Source of the DNA: Candidatus Micrarchaeota archaeon
GTDB lineage: Archaea; Micrarchaeota; Micrarchaeia; Anstonellales; Bilamarchaeaceae
Direction of reading: 5' to 3'
Length of the DNA stretch: 57,869 nt
Assembly: GCA_040753215.1 (NCBI GenBank)
Contig: JBFMEZ010000003.1
Span: 1-57,869, forward strand
Part shown: one piece after another, positions 38,255 through 47,375 of the stretch
Layout: every line of letters starts with the position of its first letter
Position numbering within the stretch: the stretch's first letter is position 1
Translations under genes and position numbers: made by a program
The notes under the pieces: model-generated
What the model was told of the DNA's origin: nothing
The model's input: only the letters and a program-made list of their open reading frames with translations
The model's database searches: none

Positions 38255-38836
38255 GTGATTCCTTTGGCTAAAAAACTCAAGGGCATCGATTATACCATTA
38301 CAAACATTGTAGCGTCCTCCAACCTGGGCCTGGAGCTGGACCTGTTCCTCATCGCGACGAAAATCCCGGAGGTCGAATACGAGCCGGAGCAGTTCCCGGG
38401 CGCAATCCTCAAGTACGAGGAGCCCAAGGCAACGATCCTCCTCTTCAAGAACGGCAAAATCGTCTGCGTGGGCTGCAAGAGCGAGGCGAAGATAGCGGAG
38501 ACGATATCCAAGACGGTCAGACTTCTCACCCCTTACGCGAAGAGGATACTCAAGAAGACGCGAAGGCCCGAGTTCGAGATAACGAACATAGTCGCATCCG
38601 CGAACCTCGGGATGGGGCTCGACCTCTACACGATTGCCTCCGAAGTGGAGAACGTCGAATACGAGCCGGAGCAGTTCCCGGGCGCAATCCTCAAGTTCCG
38701 GGACCCGAAGGCCTCCCTTCTCCTCTTCAAAAACGGAAAAGTGATCTGCGCGGGCTCCCGCGACGAGAAGAGCATAGAGGCCGCGCTCCTGAAGGCGAAG
38801 CGGCTCCTGAAGCCGTTCTCCACGGTGAAGGAGTAG
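38255..38836 (+). CDS. tbp: TATA-box binding protein
   Basis: Two repeats of NIVAS..L...LDL, EYEPEQFPGAI, LLFKNGK..C.G. Confidence 0.97.
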   Translation: MIPLAKKLKGIDYTITNIVASSNLGLELDLFLIATKIPEVEYEPEQFPGAILKYEEPKATILLFKNGKIVCVGCKSEAKIAETISKTVRLLTPYAKRILKKTRRPEFEITNIVASANLGMGLDLYTIASEVENVEYEPEQFPGAILKFRDPKASLLLFKNGKVICAGSRDEKSIEAALLKAKRLLKPFSTVKE

Positions 38837-39136
38837 ATGGTAACGGAAAAGCAGGTCCTTTCCAAGCTGAAGGAGGTCCTCGACCCCGAGATAGGGGTGA
38901 ACATAGTCGACCTCGGCCTCATCTATGAGGTAAAAATCGAAAAAGGCAGCGTCGCCATAAAGATGACCTTCACCACCCCCGCCTGCCCCCTACTCGGCTA
39001 CATAGTGAATAATGTTGAATCCAAGGTGCGGGAGCTGAAGGGGGTAAGCGGCGTGCAGGTGCAGTTCGTCTGGGAGCCGCGCTGGACCCCCGAGCGGATG
39101 AGCAAGGCGGCAAAGAAGCAGCTGGGATTGGCATGA
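38837..39136 (+). CDS. DUF59/MIP18 Fe-S assembly factor
   Basis: V.DPEIG.NIVDLGLIY, MT.TTPACP, WEP.WTP..MS. Confidence 0.92.
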   Translation: MVTEKQVLSKLKEVLDPEIGVNIVDLGLIYEVKIEKGSVAIKMTFTTPACPLLGYIVNNVESKVRELKGVSGVQVQFVWEPRWTPERMSKAAKKQLGLA

Positions 39137-39441
39137 TCCTGGTCCTTACGACCCTGCCCTCGTATGCGCATGCGGATAGACTCGCCTCTTCCCTGGTGGA
39201 TGCCCGCCTCGCCGCCTGTGCCAGCATACTCCGCATAGACCGCTCCTATTACATGTGGAAGGGCCGCACGGTGCGGGCGCCTGAACTCCTCCTGATAATC
39301 AAAACCCGCAAGGCGTCCTACGCAAAAGTGGAGGCGTTCATAAGGAAGAGCCATCCGCACAAATGCCCGGAGATAGCGGGCATCCCCGCTTCCAGGGTGA
39401 GCAGGGGCTACAGGAAATGGCTCTATTCCGAGACAAAATAG
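39133..39441 (+). CDS. cutA: Divalent-cation tolerance protein CutA
   Basis: LV..RLAAC, S.Y.WKG, E....IKT, HP...PEI, Y..WL. Confidence 0.9.
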   Translation: MILVLTTLPSYAHADRLASSLVDARLAACASILRIDRSYYMWKGRTVRAPELLLIIKTRKASYAKVEAFIRKSHPHKCPEIAGIPASRVSRGYRKWLYSETK

Positions 39442-39492
39442 CCCGCTGGAATCCCCTAGGCAGTCGGAATCCCGCATCCCTTACCCGGGATT

Positions 39493-39759
39493 CTACTCCT
39501 TCGCCCAGTTCCAGATGAATGCGAAAAGCCAGCCGATGACCGCACCCGTGACGAATGCGCCCACAAGCCCGACGATGAACGTTACGATGTCAAAGGCAGC
39601 CACCGTATACGCCATCGAGAGGAAGTGGACGGAGTGCCACCATCCCACAATGCCGCCGCCCGTCGCCGCTATCAGCACGATCCCTATCACGTGCAGCACG
39701 GCGAACAGCAGCCCGAGCGAGATTGCAGCCCGCTTTTCGCTTATTTCCATTCCTGCCAT
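39493..39759 (-). CDS. Small membrane protein (DUF5676-like)
   Basis: Hydrophobic helices, GWLFAFIWN tail. Confidence 0.7.
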   Translation of the reverse strand: MAGMEISEKRAAISLGLLFAVLHVIGIVLIAATGGGIVGWWHSVHFLSMAYTVAAFDIVTFIVGLVGAFVTGAVIGWLFAFIWNWAKE

Positions 39760-39797
39760 GGAAGGCACTTAAAAATAAGATATTTATGTTTTCCGGC

Positions 39798-40331
39798 TCA
39801 GGAGAAAACAAGCTCCAATACGCCATTCCTATACTTCCTTTCCATCTTTTTCGTTGAAACATCTTCGGGCAATTCCACTTTTCTATAATACTTCCTTGCC
39901 CCCTCTGCCCTTATCTCCAGCTCCCTCCCCTTCACGCTCAGCTGCACTTCCTTCTCACCAACCCCCGGCATCTCCGCAATCACATTCACCCCTTTCTTAT
40001 CCTTGAAAACATCCACCAGCGGCTCCCTTTCCTCGGTCTCCGGTTCCCGGGTTCTGGTCTCCAGTTGCTCTTCCTTTACAGGTGCCCTTCCCACATTCCC
40101 GAACTCCGTCACCACCGGCTTCCCGTCCGGCCCGACCCTCACAGAGAACCCATAGACCTGCGGCCCCCGCCTCTCAGACAATCTCCTCACCTCCTCGTCC
40201 GGGAGCCCACGCATCATCCTCTCCATAATCTCCTCCATCTCCTCCCTCATGCGCTCGAACTCCTCCCCAAACCCGAACTCTTCATCAAACCCGAAGAAAC
40301 CGAACGGCCGCCTCCTCTTTTTATCAACCAT
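39798..40331 (-). CDS. hsp20: Small heat-shock protein (archaeal Hsp20)
   Basis: YGFSVRVGPDGKP...EFGNV, REPLVDV, AEMPGV, YRNGVLE; contains heptamer array 40036-40063. Confidence 0.92.
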   Translation of the reverse strand: MVDKKRRRPFGFFGFDEEFGFGEEFERMREEMEEIMERMMRGLPDEEVRRLSERRGPQVYGFSVRVGPDGKPVVTEFGNVGRAPVKEEQLETRTREPETEEREPLVDVFKDKKGVNVIAEMPGVGEKEVQLSVKGRELEIRAEGARKYYRKVELPEDVSTKKMERKYRNGVLELVFS

Positions 40332-40404
40332 AAGAATCCCGCGTTAAAACTGCCCCCATTAACTATTTAATTTTTCCCTTCCCATCCCCTCCAAAGGTGA
40401 GCAA

Positions 40405-40614
40405 GTGGAAGAGAAGAAAGGTTTCGACCTCCCCAAGCCGGTTAAGGAAGGGGACATAGTAGAAGTTACGATAGAATCAGTTGGCGCGAAAGGAGACGGC
40501 ATAGCAAAGAAGGACGGCTTCGTGATATTCATCCCCGGCGCGCAGAAAGGGGAAACCCTGAAGGTGAAGATAGTCTCCCTAAAGCGCACTTTCGGGATAG
40601 GGGAAAGGGTGTAA
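40405..40614 (+). CDS. Single TRAM-domain RNA chaperone
   Basis: PVKEGD...VTIE.VG.KGDGIAK..GFVIFIPG. Confidence 0.9.
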   Translation: MEEKKGFDLPKPVKEGDIVEVTIESVGAKGDGIAKKDGFVIFIPGAQKGETLKVKIVSLKRTFGIGERV

Positions 40615-40669
40615 TCAGTTCCCGGTTTCCAGTTGCCGGTTCCGGGTTTCCGCCATCGGGTGTGGTTGT

Positions 40670-41104
40670 ATGTTCATACCAGACGTATATGAGGCCCTGA
40701 GGAAGAAGAGAAGGAAGCTCTACTGGGAATTCCCGGACATATTCGGGAGGGAGTTTGACTTCTACACCGCAGAAGCCCGCACGCCTCTCGCGGACCTCCG
40801 CAGGGAGAAGAATGAGCTGGTTCTCGTAGTAGAGATGCCCGGCCTCCGCAAGGAAGACATAAATGTGGATTTGCACGAAAGCAGTATCCGCATCTCGGGC
40901 GGCAGAAAGGAAGGGAAGGAGGAGAAGGGGAAGGGCTTCTACCGAAAGGAGCGCTACCTTGCCGCATTCTCCCGCGAGCTCGCCCTCCCCGAGGAGGTGG
41001 ACCCCTCCTCCGCAAAGGCAAAATACGAGAACGGCATCCTTGAGATAAGGATGAAAATAAAGGCTGGGCAGAAAAAGAGGGGGAAGCAGCTCGTAATACG
41101 TTGA
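40670..41104 (+). CDS. Small heat-shock protein (Hsp20/alpha-crystallin)
   Basis: P.AD, EMPGL.KEDI, RKER....F.R...LP..VD...A.A.YENGILEI. Confidence 0.9.
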   Translation: MFIPDVYEALRKKRRKLYWEFPDIFGREFDFYTAEARTPLADLRREKNELVLVVEMPGLRKEDINVDLHESSIRISGGRKEGKEEKGKGFYRKERYLAAFSRELALPEEVDPSSAKAKYENGILEIRMKIKAGQKKRGKQLVIR

Positions 41105-41194
41105 AGCAGGGTGCAAAAATCCTCATTTCCGTGTCCCCAAAAGTTGATTTTTACACAAAACCTACCCATTTAAATACTCTTTCTGCGACTATGT

Positions 41195-42628
41195 TTGTTT
41201 GCTATGTCTGTGCCAAGAATGTCCACGCCACCCTGGGGGGTGCAGCTTGAGCTGCCTATCGGAAAGCCCCTCCGCGAACCTAGCCAGCTGGAGCTTTCAG
41301 TCCCCGGCAGAGGGAGAAGGAGCAATTCCGTCGCTCCGCTGGTTGACGGCTTCTCCAGCGCGAAGAGGGTCCCGGCCGCGTTCTTCTGCCCGGAAGCCCC
41401 CATAACAATAGAAATGATAGCCGGCAAGCTGGGGGAATACAGAAGGTGCAGTCCCCGGCAGCTCATGCAGCTGCACGAAGCCAGCGACCTGCTCGGAGAA
41501 TACCATGAAAAATGCCCCGACCCGGAAACCGGGGTGAAGCGCGTGCGGGATGACAGCTCGGACTACCTGCAGCATGCCCAGCGTGTCGCATACCGCATAG
41601 CCATCGTGGGCAGGGGAAGGGTGGAGGACCTCCAGCAGACGATCGCCGCCCTTCTCCACGACGTTGTGGAAGACTTCGGTGTGCGCATCGAGGACATACG
41701 CAGGATGTTCGGAAACAACGTCGCGAACATGGTTTTATGGCTGACCAAGCCAAAGTGGGACGGAAATACCTGGGTATACCCGGATTCCCCCCATTATTAC
41801 GGAACAGAAGACAAATACGACCATTCCATGTACGACAGGAGGGGATACAGCTATTACCGCAGGCTTTATTACGAGTCCGGAAATCCCAGCGCCTGGGTAA
41901 TAAAGGCCGCAGACAATCTCGACAACCTCCACAGCCTCAGCCAGGTCAGGCCCGAGAAGCTGAGAAGGAACGTGCGCCTCATAGTAAACAATACGCTCGC
42001 GGTGCTTTCAAGGATGCTTGCGCGGGAGGACACCGAGCGGCTCGTCAGCTATGTCCAGGACGACCTGCATTTCCCCGTCCCACAGGATGCGATTGCCCCG
42101 GTCGCCCCCGCCTGGATAGTTTCCTGCGAGCCGAGGGAGGTCCTCCTCAGGCGCGGCCTTGAGGGAGTTTATGCGCCGCGCCATGGCCAGATAACTGTCT
42201 ATGGTGCGAACACGCAATTCCTGCTACTCCTCGGCTGGCTGGAGCTGGGGCTTCCGGATGACGGCACCGATTACCTCGGGCCGCTCAGAGCAGCATTCAG
42301 GGAATATACCATTCTTCCAGAGGAGAGCTATCTTCCCCCGGGCCTTGCCGCTAGCGAGAAGATATTCCGGGTCTCCGGGTTCAGGCCGGAATGCCGGTTC
42401 AGACCGTACGGCTCCCGTTACGATTCCGAAACGCGCAGGGTTCACCTGACCATGGGCGAAACCCAGCTTTTCGCGGCGGATCTCTCCGGCGTCAGCAGCA
42501 TTTCCTTTGAAGAGCCGCAGCTGAGGTCCCTCTCAGAATACATCTGGGCGCGGAGCAGGGAATTCGCGGAGCGGCTCGAGAATTTCCGCAGCGAATACAT
42601 ACTGCCAAGTAATGGCAACGGAAGGTGA
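41195..42628 (+). CDS. HD-domain protein of RelA/SpoT hydrolase (Mesh1-like) type with extra N- and C-terminal regions
   Basis: R...YLQH..RVA, AALLHDVVED, I...FG..VA..V..LTK, IKAAD.LDNL; start uncertain. Confidence 0.75.
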   Translation: MFAMSVPRMSTPPWGVQLELPIGKPLREPSQLELSVPGRGRRSNSVAPLVDGFSSAKRVPAAFFCPEAPITIEMIAGKLGEYRRCSPRQLMQLHEASDLLGEYHEKCPDPETGVKRVRDDSSDYLQHAQRVAYRIAIVGRGRVEDLQQTIAALLHDVVEDFGVRIEDIRRMFGNNVANMVLWLTKPKWDGNTWVYPDSPHYYGTEDKYDHSMYDRRGYSYYRRLYYESGNPSAWVIKAADNLDNLHSLSQVRPEKLRRNVRLIVNNTLAVLSRMLAREDTERLVSYVQDDLHFPVPQDAIAPVAPAWIVSCEPREVLLRRGLEGVYAPRHGQITVYGANTQFLLLLGWLELGLPDDGTDYLGPLRAAFREYTILPEESYLPPGLAASEKIFRVSGFRPECRFRPYGSRYDSETRRVHLTMGETQLFAADLSGVSSISFEEPQLRSLSEYIWARSREFAERLENFRSEYILPSNGNGR

Positions 42629-43223
42629 TCCCTTGGAGCTCTTCGGCCTTTCCCTTTCCATCTCCCGCAAAGTTTATGAGCCCGCGGAGGACTCAGAACT
42701 CCTCGCCTTCCATTCCCGCAGCCTTAAGGGAATAATCCTTGAAATCGGCACCGGCTCCGGCCTGGTTTCCATCCTGAATGCTAAAACCAACCCTTCCAAT
42801 TCCGTCTTCGCCACCGACATCAGTCCCGAAGCGGTGGAATGCGCCAAAAGGAACGCAGAAGTGAACGGAGTCCGCAATATAACTTTCCTGCAATCCGACC
42901 TTTTTCAAAAAACGGAAGGAAAATTCGACTCCATCCTCTTCAATCCGCCCTACCTCCCGACTTCCAGAGAAGAAAGGATTCCCGGCAACCTCAACTACGC
43001 ATTCGATGGAGGGGAGGACGGAAGGAAAACATTGGACCGTTTCCTTGAAGAGTTTGACAAATTCCTCGCCCCAAACGGAAGATTACTCCTCATCCAGAGT
43101 TCCCTCAATTCAATAGAAAGGACAATCCTCATCCTCAAGAATAAGGGATTCGAGGCCCAAATCCTTGACCAGAAGCCCTTCTTTTTCGAAATAGTATACT
43201 TGCTTGAAGCCTGCAGGCTATAA
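42612..43223 (+). CDS. HemK2/PrmC-type release-factor glutamine methyltransferase
   Basis: VYEPAEDS.LL, LEIGTGSG, FNPPYLP, GG.DGR, FFE. Confidence 0.9.
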   Translation: MATEGDPLELFGLSLSISRKVYEPAEDSELLAFHSRSLKGIILEIGTGSGLVSILNAKTNPSNSVFATDISPEAVECAKRNAEVNGVRNITFLQSDLFQKTEGKFDSILFNPPYLPTSREERIPGNLNYAFDGGEDGRKTLDRFLEEFDKFLAPNGRLLLIQSSLNSIERTILILKNKGFEAQILDQKPFFFEIVYLLEACRL

Positions 43224-44447
43224 TCAAAGTATTATATACGCATTACCTTTCTTGGAAATAGTCAGCGCCGTCTCTCCCGCAAACGCAAAAGTCTTCGCAT
43301 ACCCGTTCTCTATCTTCACCCTCATCCCTTCCTTCACAATCCCGCCCCTGTTATCGAATAAATAAATAACTCCTTCATTCCCTTCCTCATCCGCCACAAG
43401 CAATCTCGTAAAAGTGTCCTTCACCCTCTTGCTCTTCTGGTATTCCCTGTGCCCTATATTCTTTACTAAAAGCGGAACCGTATTCACCCTCCTCATCCCG
43501 CTTTTCAGTTCCGTAAGGTGGGTGATGTTCATCTGCTTGTATTTCTCCTTCGCGACCCTGAAAGCAAGCCTGATTTCCTCTTCCGCATTCCTCACCATGC
43601 TCTCCATGGCCTTCTTCATCACATCCTCGTCCCCGTCCGAGGCCATCATTGTGTCAAATGCAAGCTGAAACATCGTCCCGGCTCCGGCACCGGTTTCCGG
43701 TTTCCTGTCAATGGTTTCCAGCTCCTCCACCTCAGACTCCGCTGCCGCCTCCTCCAGTTCGCGCGCCGCCCTACCCATCTCCAGCTCCTTCGTGCCCACC
43801 CTTTCCAGCTCCACCCCGGTTTCCGGTTTCCGGTCTTCAGTTTCCAGCTCACCCGGCCCATCATTCACTTCCTCCGCCTTCTCCGGAACGGTCGGAGTCT
43901 GCCCCTTCTCCTCCCCCTCGTCCGTGATCACGTGCGTCTCAGCCCCGGAAATCACGTCCAGGTAATCGGTGAGCATCTCCTGCACGGCCTTCCCCCTCTC
44001 CTCGTTCACCTGGCCGTTCTTCCCCACCGCTTTCAGATATATTTTCTCAAGGGTGGGCATCATCTTGCTCTTCATCGCTTCAGCCTTCTCCTTCCCCAGC
44101 TTCCTCTCCATGAGCTGGTGGATGGGCTTCAGCATCTTCTCCCGCACTGTCTCCACTTTCCTTGTCTCTTCCGCGGTCTGCGGCTTCTCTTCCTTTTTCT
44201 TCTCCTCCCCCTTTGAGAACACATCCGCAAAAGACATGAGCTGCGGCTGGGAGGCCTTCCTCTTGTCAAGAATCTCCCTCGCCGCTCCGCTTACCCTCGC
44301 ATCCTTGTCATAAGTGAGCTCAAGTATGGCAAAATTAGCCCCCGGGTCGTCGTAGTGGGAAAGCTCCATCGCCGCCTGCTTCCTCACCTCCGGGTTCGAA
44401 TCGAACGTTAGCGAAATCAGCTCGTTCAGCGTGAATTTCCTGCTCAT
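43224..44447 (-). CDS. HEAT-repeat N-terminus, acidic linker and C-terminal OB-fold-like domain
   Basis: D.NPEVRKQAA..L HEAT unit; C-terminal ..VADEEG..G.IYLF....KEG..VKIENGY resembles an SSB/RPA OB fold; two heptamer arrays in the linker. Confidence 0.65.
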   Translation of the reverse strand: MSRKFTLNELISLTFDSNPEVRKQAAMELSHYDDPGANFAILELTYDKDARVSGAAREILDKRKASQPQLMSFADVFSKGEEKKKEEKPQTAEETRKVETVREKMLKPIHQLMERKLGKEKAEAMKSKMMPTLEKIYLKAVGKNGQVNEERGKAVQEMLTDYLDVISGAETHVITDEGEEKGQTPTVPEKAEEVNDGPGELETEDRKPETGVELERVGTKELEMGRAARELEEAAAESEVEELETIDRKPETGAGAGTMFQLAFDTMMASDGDEDVMKKAMESMVRNAEEEIRLAFRVAKEKYKQMNITHLTELKSGMRRVNTVPLLVKNIGHREYQKSKRVKDTFTRLLVADEEGNEGVIYLFDNRGGIVKEGMRVKIENGYAKTFAFAGETALTISKKGNAYIIL

Positions 44448-45259
44448 CTTTTCCGCCTCCAAGAAGAAGGGGGGACATCCGCATCGCTGCGGCGATGTCT
44501 GGCGAAGTCCTGCGGAACTTCATCGCCCCCCTTCTCTTTAGGGTAATCATGACCCCCCGAATTTTCCGTTATGGAACGGAACGCGCCCAGCAGCGAATGC
44601 CCCTCCTTGCTCGTGGGGTTCGCCCTCGCAAGCACCCTTGCGAACGCCACCCTGCACCTTTCCGGGTTGCGAACTTTATATTTCTCCGCCACTAATTTAA
44701 ACATATGCGTGAGCGCCCGCCTCTCCGAAGGCTTCATCCTCCCTTCACGCATCTTTTTCCCTTTCCCGGAAGCCATCCTCACCGAATACAGAACAACCGC
44801 CATCGCGTGGCTCAGGTTCAGCACAGGATATCCGGAATCCGCCTCCGCGTGCACCAGCAAATCGCACTCCCCAATCTCCTTCTCGTTGAGCCCAATCCCC
44901 TCCCTCCCGAAGAGAAGCGCAACCGTCCCAGTTTCCGGCACCCAGCTTCCAGTTCCCAGCCCGGTACAGAATTTCTTCAGCGGCAGAGCAGACCGTATCG
45001 TTCCCTTGTTCCTCTCCAGAATCCCCGTCGTCCCCACAACCAGGCCGCAGCCCCTCACCGCGGCTTTCAGCGTGCCATATTTTTTCACCCTTTTCAGGAG
45101 CCCCACCGCGTGCTTGGAGTATTTCACAGCATCGAACCCCACTTCGCACCTGGGTTTAACTATGCGCAAATCCGAAAACCCGAAATTCTTCATCACCCTG
45201 GCGGACATGCCCACGTTCAGGTCGTATTCCGGCTCCACGAGAACTATTGCGAATTCCAT
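44444..45259 (-). CDS. trmJ: TrmJ/LasT SPOUT tRNA methyltransferase
   Basis: IVLVEP...NVG..ARVMKNFG, VGTT, LFGRE..GL..E, YPVLNLSHA. Confidence 0.88.
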   Translation of the reverse strand: MEFAIVLVEPEYDLNVGMSARVMKNFGFSDLRIVKPRCEVGFDAVKYSKHAVGLLKRVKKYGTLKAAVRGCGLVVGTTGILERNKGTIRSALPLKKFCTGLGTGSWVPETGTVALLFGREGIGLNEKEIGECDLLVHAEADSGYPVLNLSHAMAVVLYSVRMASGKGKKMREGRMKPSERRALTHMFKLVAEKYKVRNPERCRVAFARVLARANPTSKEGHSLLGAFRSITENSGGHDYPKEKGGDEVPQDFARHRRSDADVPPSSWRRKR

Positions 45260-45335
45260 TTCCGGCCCTCGCATCCATTTTAAATGTTTCTTCTTAAATA
45301 CCTTCTCTGCAATAATTCTCAATAGCTGTGATGCA

Positions 45336-45860
45336 ATGGAACTAGAGGAAGTGGAATCCCAGATAAAAGACCTCGAGCAGAAGAAGGCCGCCCTAATCGA
45401 AGAAATAAAGAAAAACTACGGCCGCATCCGCTACAAGAAATACGAGGAGAAGGCGCTGGAGCCGTTCCTCAAGGAGACGGAGAACGTGCGCGTGGGGCCC
45501 GTGCGCAAGCGCCTGCGCCAGCTGGAGTTCCGCATCTCAACCCAGGCCTTCACCCCCCAGATGGAGAGGCAGATGGTGAAGGACGTGAAGAAGGTGGAGG
45601 AGGAGCTCAAGGGCATGAGGCAGGTCGAGCGCGCGCGCAGGAAGAAAAAGCTGGTGCAGCAGGACATTTTGGATGCGGAGAAGCGCATCGCTGAAATAGA
45701 GGAGGAACTCAAGAAAATCCGCGAAACGCTCAAGGAGCTGTACGGGAAGGCCCGCACCCTCAAGACCGCTGCCAAGCGCGGGGTGACTTTCGGCGAGAAG
45801 CACGAAAACCTGGTGTCGCTCGGCGACATAGTGATTATAGAGGAAGAGGAGAAGAAATAA
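45336..45860 (+). CDS. Coiled-coil protein
   Basis: Heptad-rich, LEFRISTQAFTP..E; the likely start is ATG 45336. Confidence 0.7.
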   Translation: MELEEVESQIKDLEQKKAALIEEIKKNYGRIRYKKYEEKALEPFLKETENVRVGPVRKRLRQLEFRISTQAFTPQMERQMVKDVKKVEEELKGMRQVERARRKKKLVQQDILDAEKRIAEIEEELKKIRETLKELYGKARTLKTAAKRGVTFGEKHENLVSLGDIVIIEEEEKK

Positions 45861-46253
45861 TCAAATCCTGCTTCTCACCGTATCCACAAATTCTTCCGCA
45901 TTTTCTACGTACTCTTCAGCATCTTCGTAACTGAATTCTTTCTTTCCGTAGTCCGCCCCACTCTTGTCGCCCGCGGCCTTTACGAGGAGCTTCCCGAACC
46001 TTTCGTCGCTCTTTGGTAGTTTTCCTTCCCGTATCAGCTTTGCAAAAACCGCTGCCAGATCATCGTGCCTTGTCCCTTTTATCCCAAGATGTTTCAGGCT
46101 CAGCGCATCATTCGCCCTTATTATCGCATGGATGGCCAGCGCGCAGCACACGTTCGCAAGCGCAGGCTCATCCTGTACATCATGCAGTTTCTCTCTCGCC
46201 GATGCGAGCCAGCCCTCTGCCTCCCGTATTGCCCTTTCCGGGTAATCGTTCAT
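45861..46253 (-). CDS. HEPN-domain protein (MNT-HEPN pair)
   Basis: A....AIHAIIRANDAL, H, K..ADY, A...V..A..F; downstream of an MNT gene. Confidence 0.8.
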   Translation of the reverse strand: MNDYPERAIREAEGWLASAREKLHDVQDEPALANVCCALAIHAIIRANDALSLKHLGIKGTRHDDLAAVFAKLIREGKLPKSDERFGKLLVKAAGDKSGADYGKKEFSYEDAEEYVENAEEFVDTVRSRI

Positions 46254-46314
46254 AATCGGTTCTGGTTTTTCCCGGTTTATAATAATTTGCCGACCTCTTT
46301 TCCAGTAATCCGTT

Positions 46315-46848
46315 TTACTTGAACGTCACTTTTTCCTTTCCTTCCAGAAACCTGTCAAGTTCCCTTTTTGTCCTGAACAGCAGAGGGACTACCTTTGCTC
46401 CGTATTCATCCACAATCCTGAACACCAGCGGCGTCGGATCGTACCCCGCCTCCACAACCATCGCAATGTCTATGTCGCTTTCCAGCTTCTCTTCTCCCCT
46501 CGCCACGCTACCGAAAAGCCAGGCCTCCTTGACTTTTTTCTCGCTCTTTAGCATCCTTTTCAGCTTTTCAACAGCGAATTTCTGCAGGGAAACCCCCGCC
46601 TCCAGAATCCCTGCAATCCTTTTTGTGTATGCCGACCTATGCAGCCTCACGGCCTTGCTCCTTCCCACCTTCCCCATCTCTAGCAGCCCGGCCCTCTCCA
46701 TGAGCCGCACCGCTCTTAGCACGGATGAAAAAGGCGCCCTTGCCTCCCTTGCAAGCTCCCTTATGCTGAACTGCCTTTTTGGATATTTGAGCAGGACCCT
46801 GAATGCCTGCGCCGCACTGCTGTAAGAGAGGATTTCTATTGCGTCCAT
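46315..46848 (-). CDS. wHTH plus minimal nucleotidyltransferase (MNT antitoxin-like)
   Basis: FSIRELAR HTH; LFGSVARGE....SDIDI. Confidence 0.88.
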   Translation of the reverse strand: MDAIEILSYSSAAQAFRVLLKYPKRQFSIRELAREARAPFSSVLRAVRLMERAGLLEMGKVGRSKAVRLHRSAYTKRIAGILEAGVSLQKFAVEKLKRMLKSEKKVKEAWLFGSVARGEEKLESDIDIAMVVEAGYDPTPLVFRIVDEYGAKVVPLLFRTKRELDRFLEGKEKVTFK

Positions 46849-46867
46849 CCTATCACCGAACCAATTT

Positions 46868-46883
46868 TGGTTCATATGAACCA
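46868..46883. promoter_or_regulatory. Palindromic operator upstream of MNT-HEPN
   Basis: TGGTTCATATGAACCA perfect palindrome plus an extra TGGTTCA half-site. Confidence 0.6.
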
Positions 46884-46914
46884 TTTATGGTTCAAAACTT
46901 TCTTAATCTTTTGC

Positions 46915-47298
46915 TCAAATAAGTTTTTTCGCCTCTCCAATTATCTTTTCATGGTCAAATGCCAGCTCCGGCAATTCCTCCGGTGAAAACCACCTCGCCT
47001 CTTTTGCATCAGTTCCGCCTTTCAGCTCTCCCCCAACAACCTCGCACAGATAAGCCGCCGCCACCGTTCCCCGTGGGTCCCTCTCCGGGTCCGAAAATAC
47101 TCCAATGAGCTTCCCCACCCTCACCCTCAGCCCCGTCTCCTCCCGCGCTTCCCTTTCGCAACACTCCTCTGCCGTCTCATTCTCCTCCGCAAACCCTCCC
47201 GGAAGCGCCCACATCCCTTTGAATGGCTCCTTATTCCTCCTAATTAGCACAATCTTCCCTTCCTTTACAATCACCGCATCTGTGACGAATGGCCTCAT
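46915..47298 (-). CDS. Nudix hydrolase
   Basis: WALPGGF.E..ET.E.C..RE..EETGL, RDPR, LAFDH. Confidence 0.92.
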   Translation of the reverse strand: MRPFVTDAVIVKEGKIVLIRRNKEPFKGMWALPGGFAEENETAEECCEREAREETGLRVRVGKLIGVFSDPERDPRGTVAAAYLCEVVGGELKGGTDAKEARWFSPEELPELAFDHEKIIGEAKKLI

Positions 47299-47375
47299 GA
47301 GGATGTGTTAGAAAGAGTACGTTTATAAATATTGCTAGCGTAATTATGTACCATTAATCACAATGAGATGATACA

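Noticed and set aside
38366..38740. Direct repeat GTCGAATACGAGCCGGAGCAGTTCCCGGGCGCAATCCTCAAGT
   Set aside because: Explained by the two-fold internal repeat of TBP.
44571..45335. N-terminal extension of the 429-aa ORF 44571-45860 (likewise the extensions at 15922-16128 and 36736-36945)
   Set aside because: They overlap trmJ or tRNA genes; the likely starts are further downstream.
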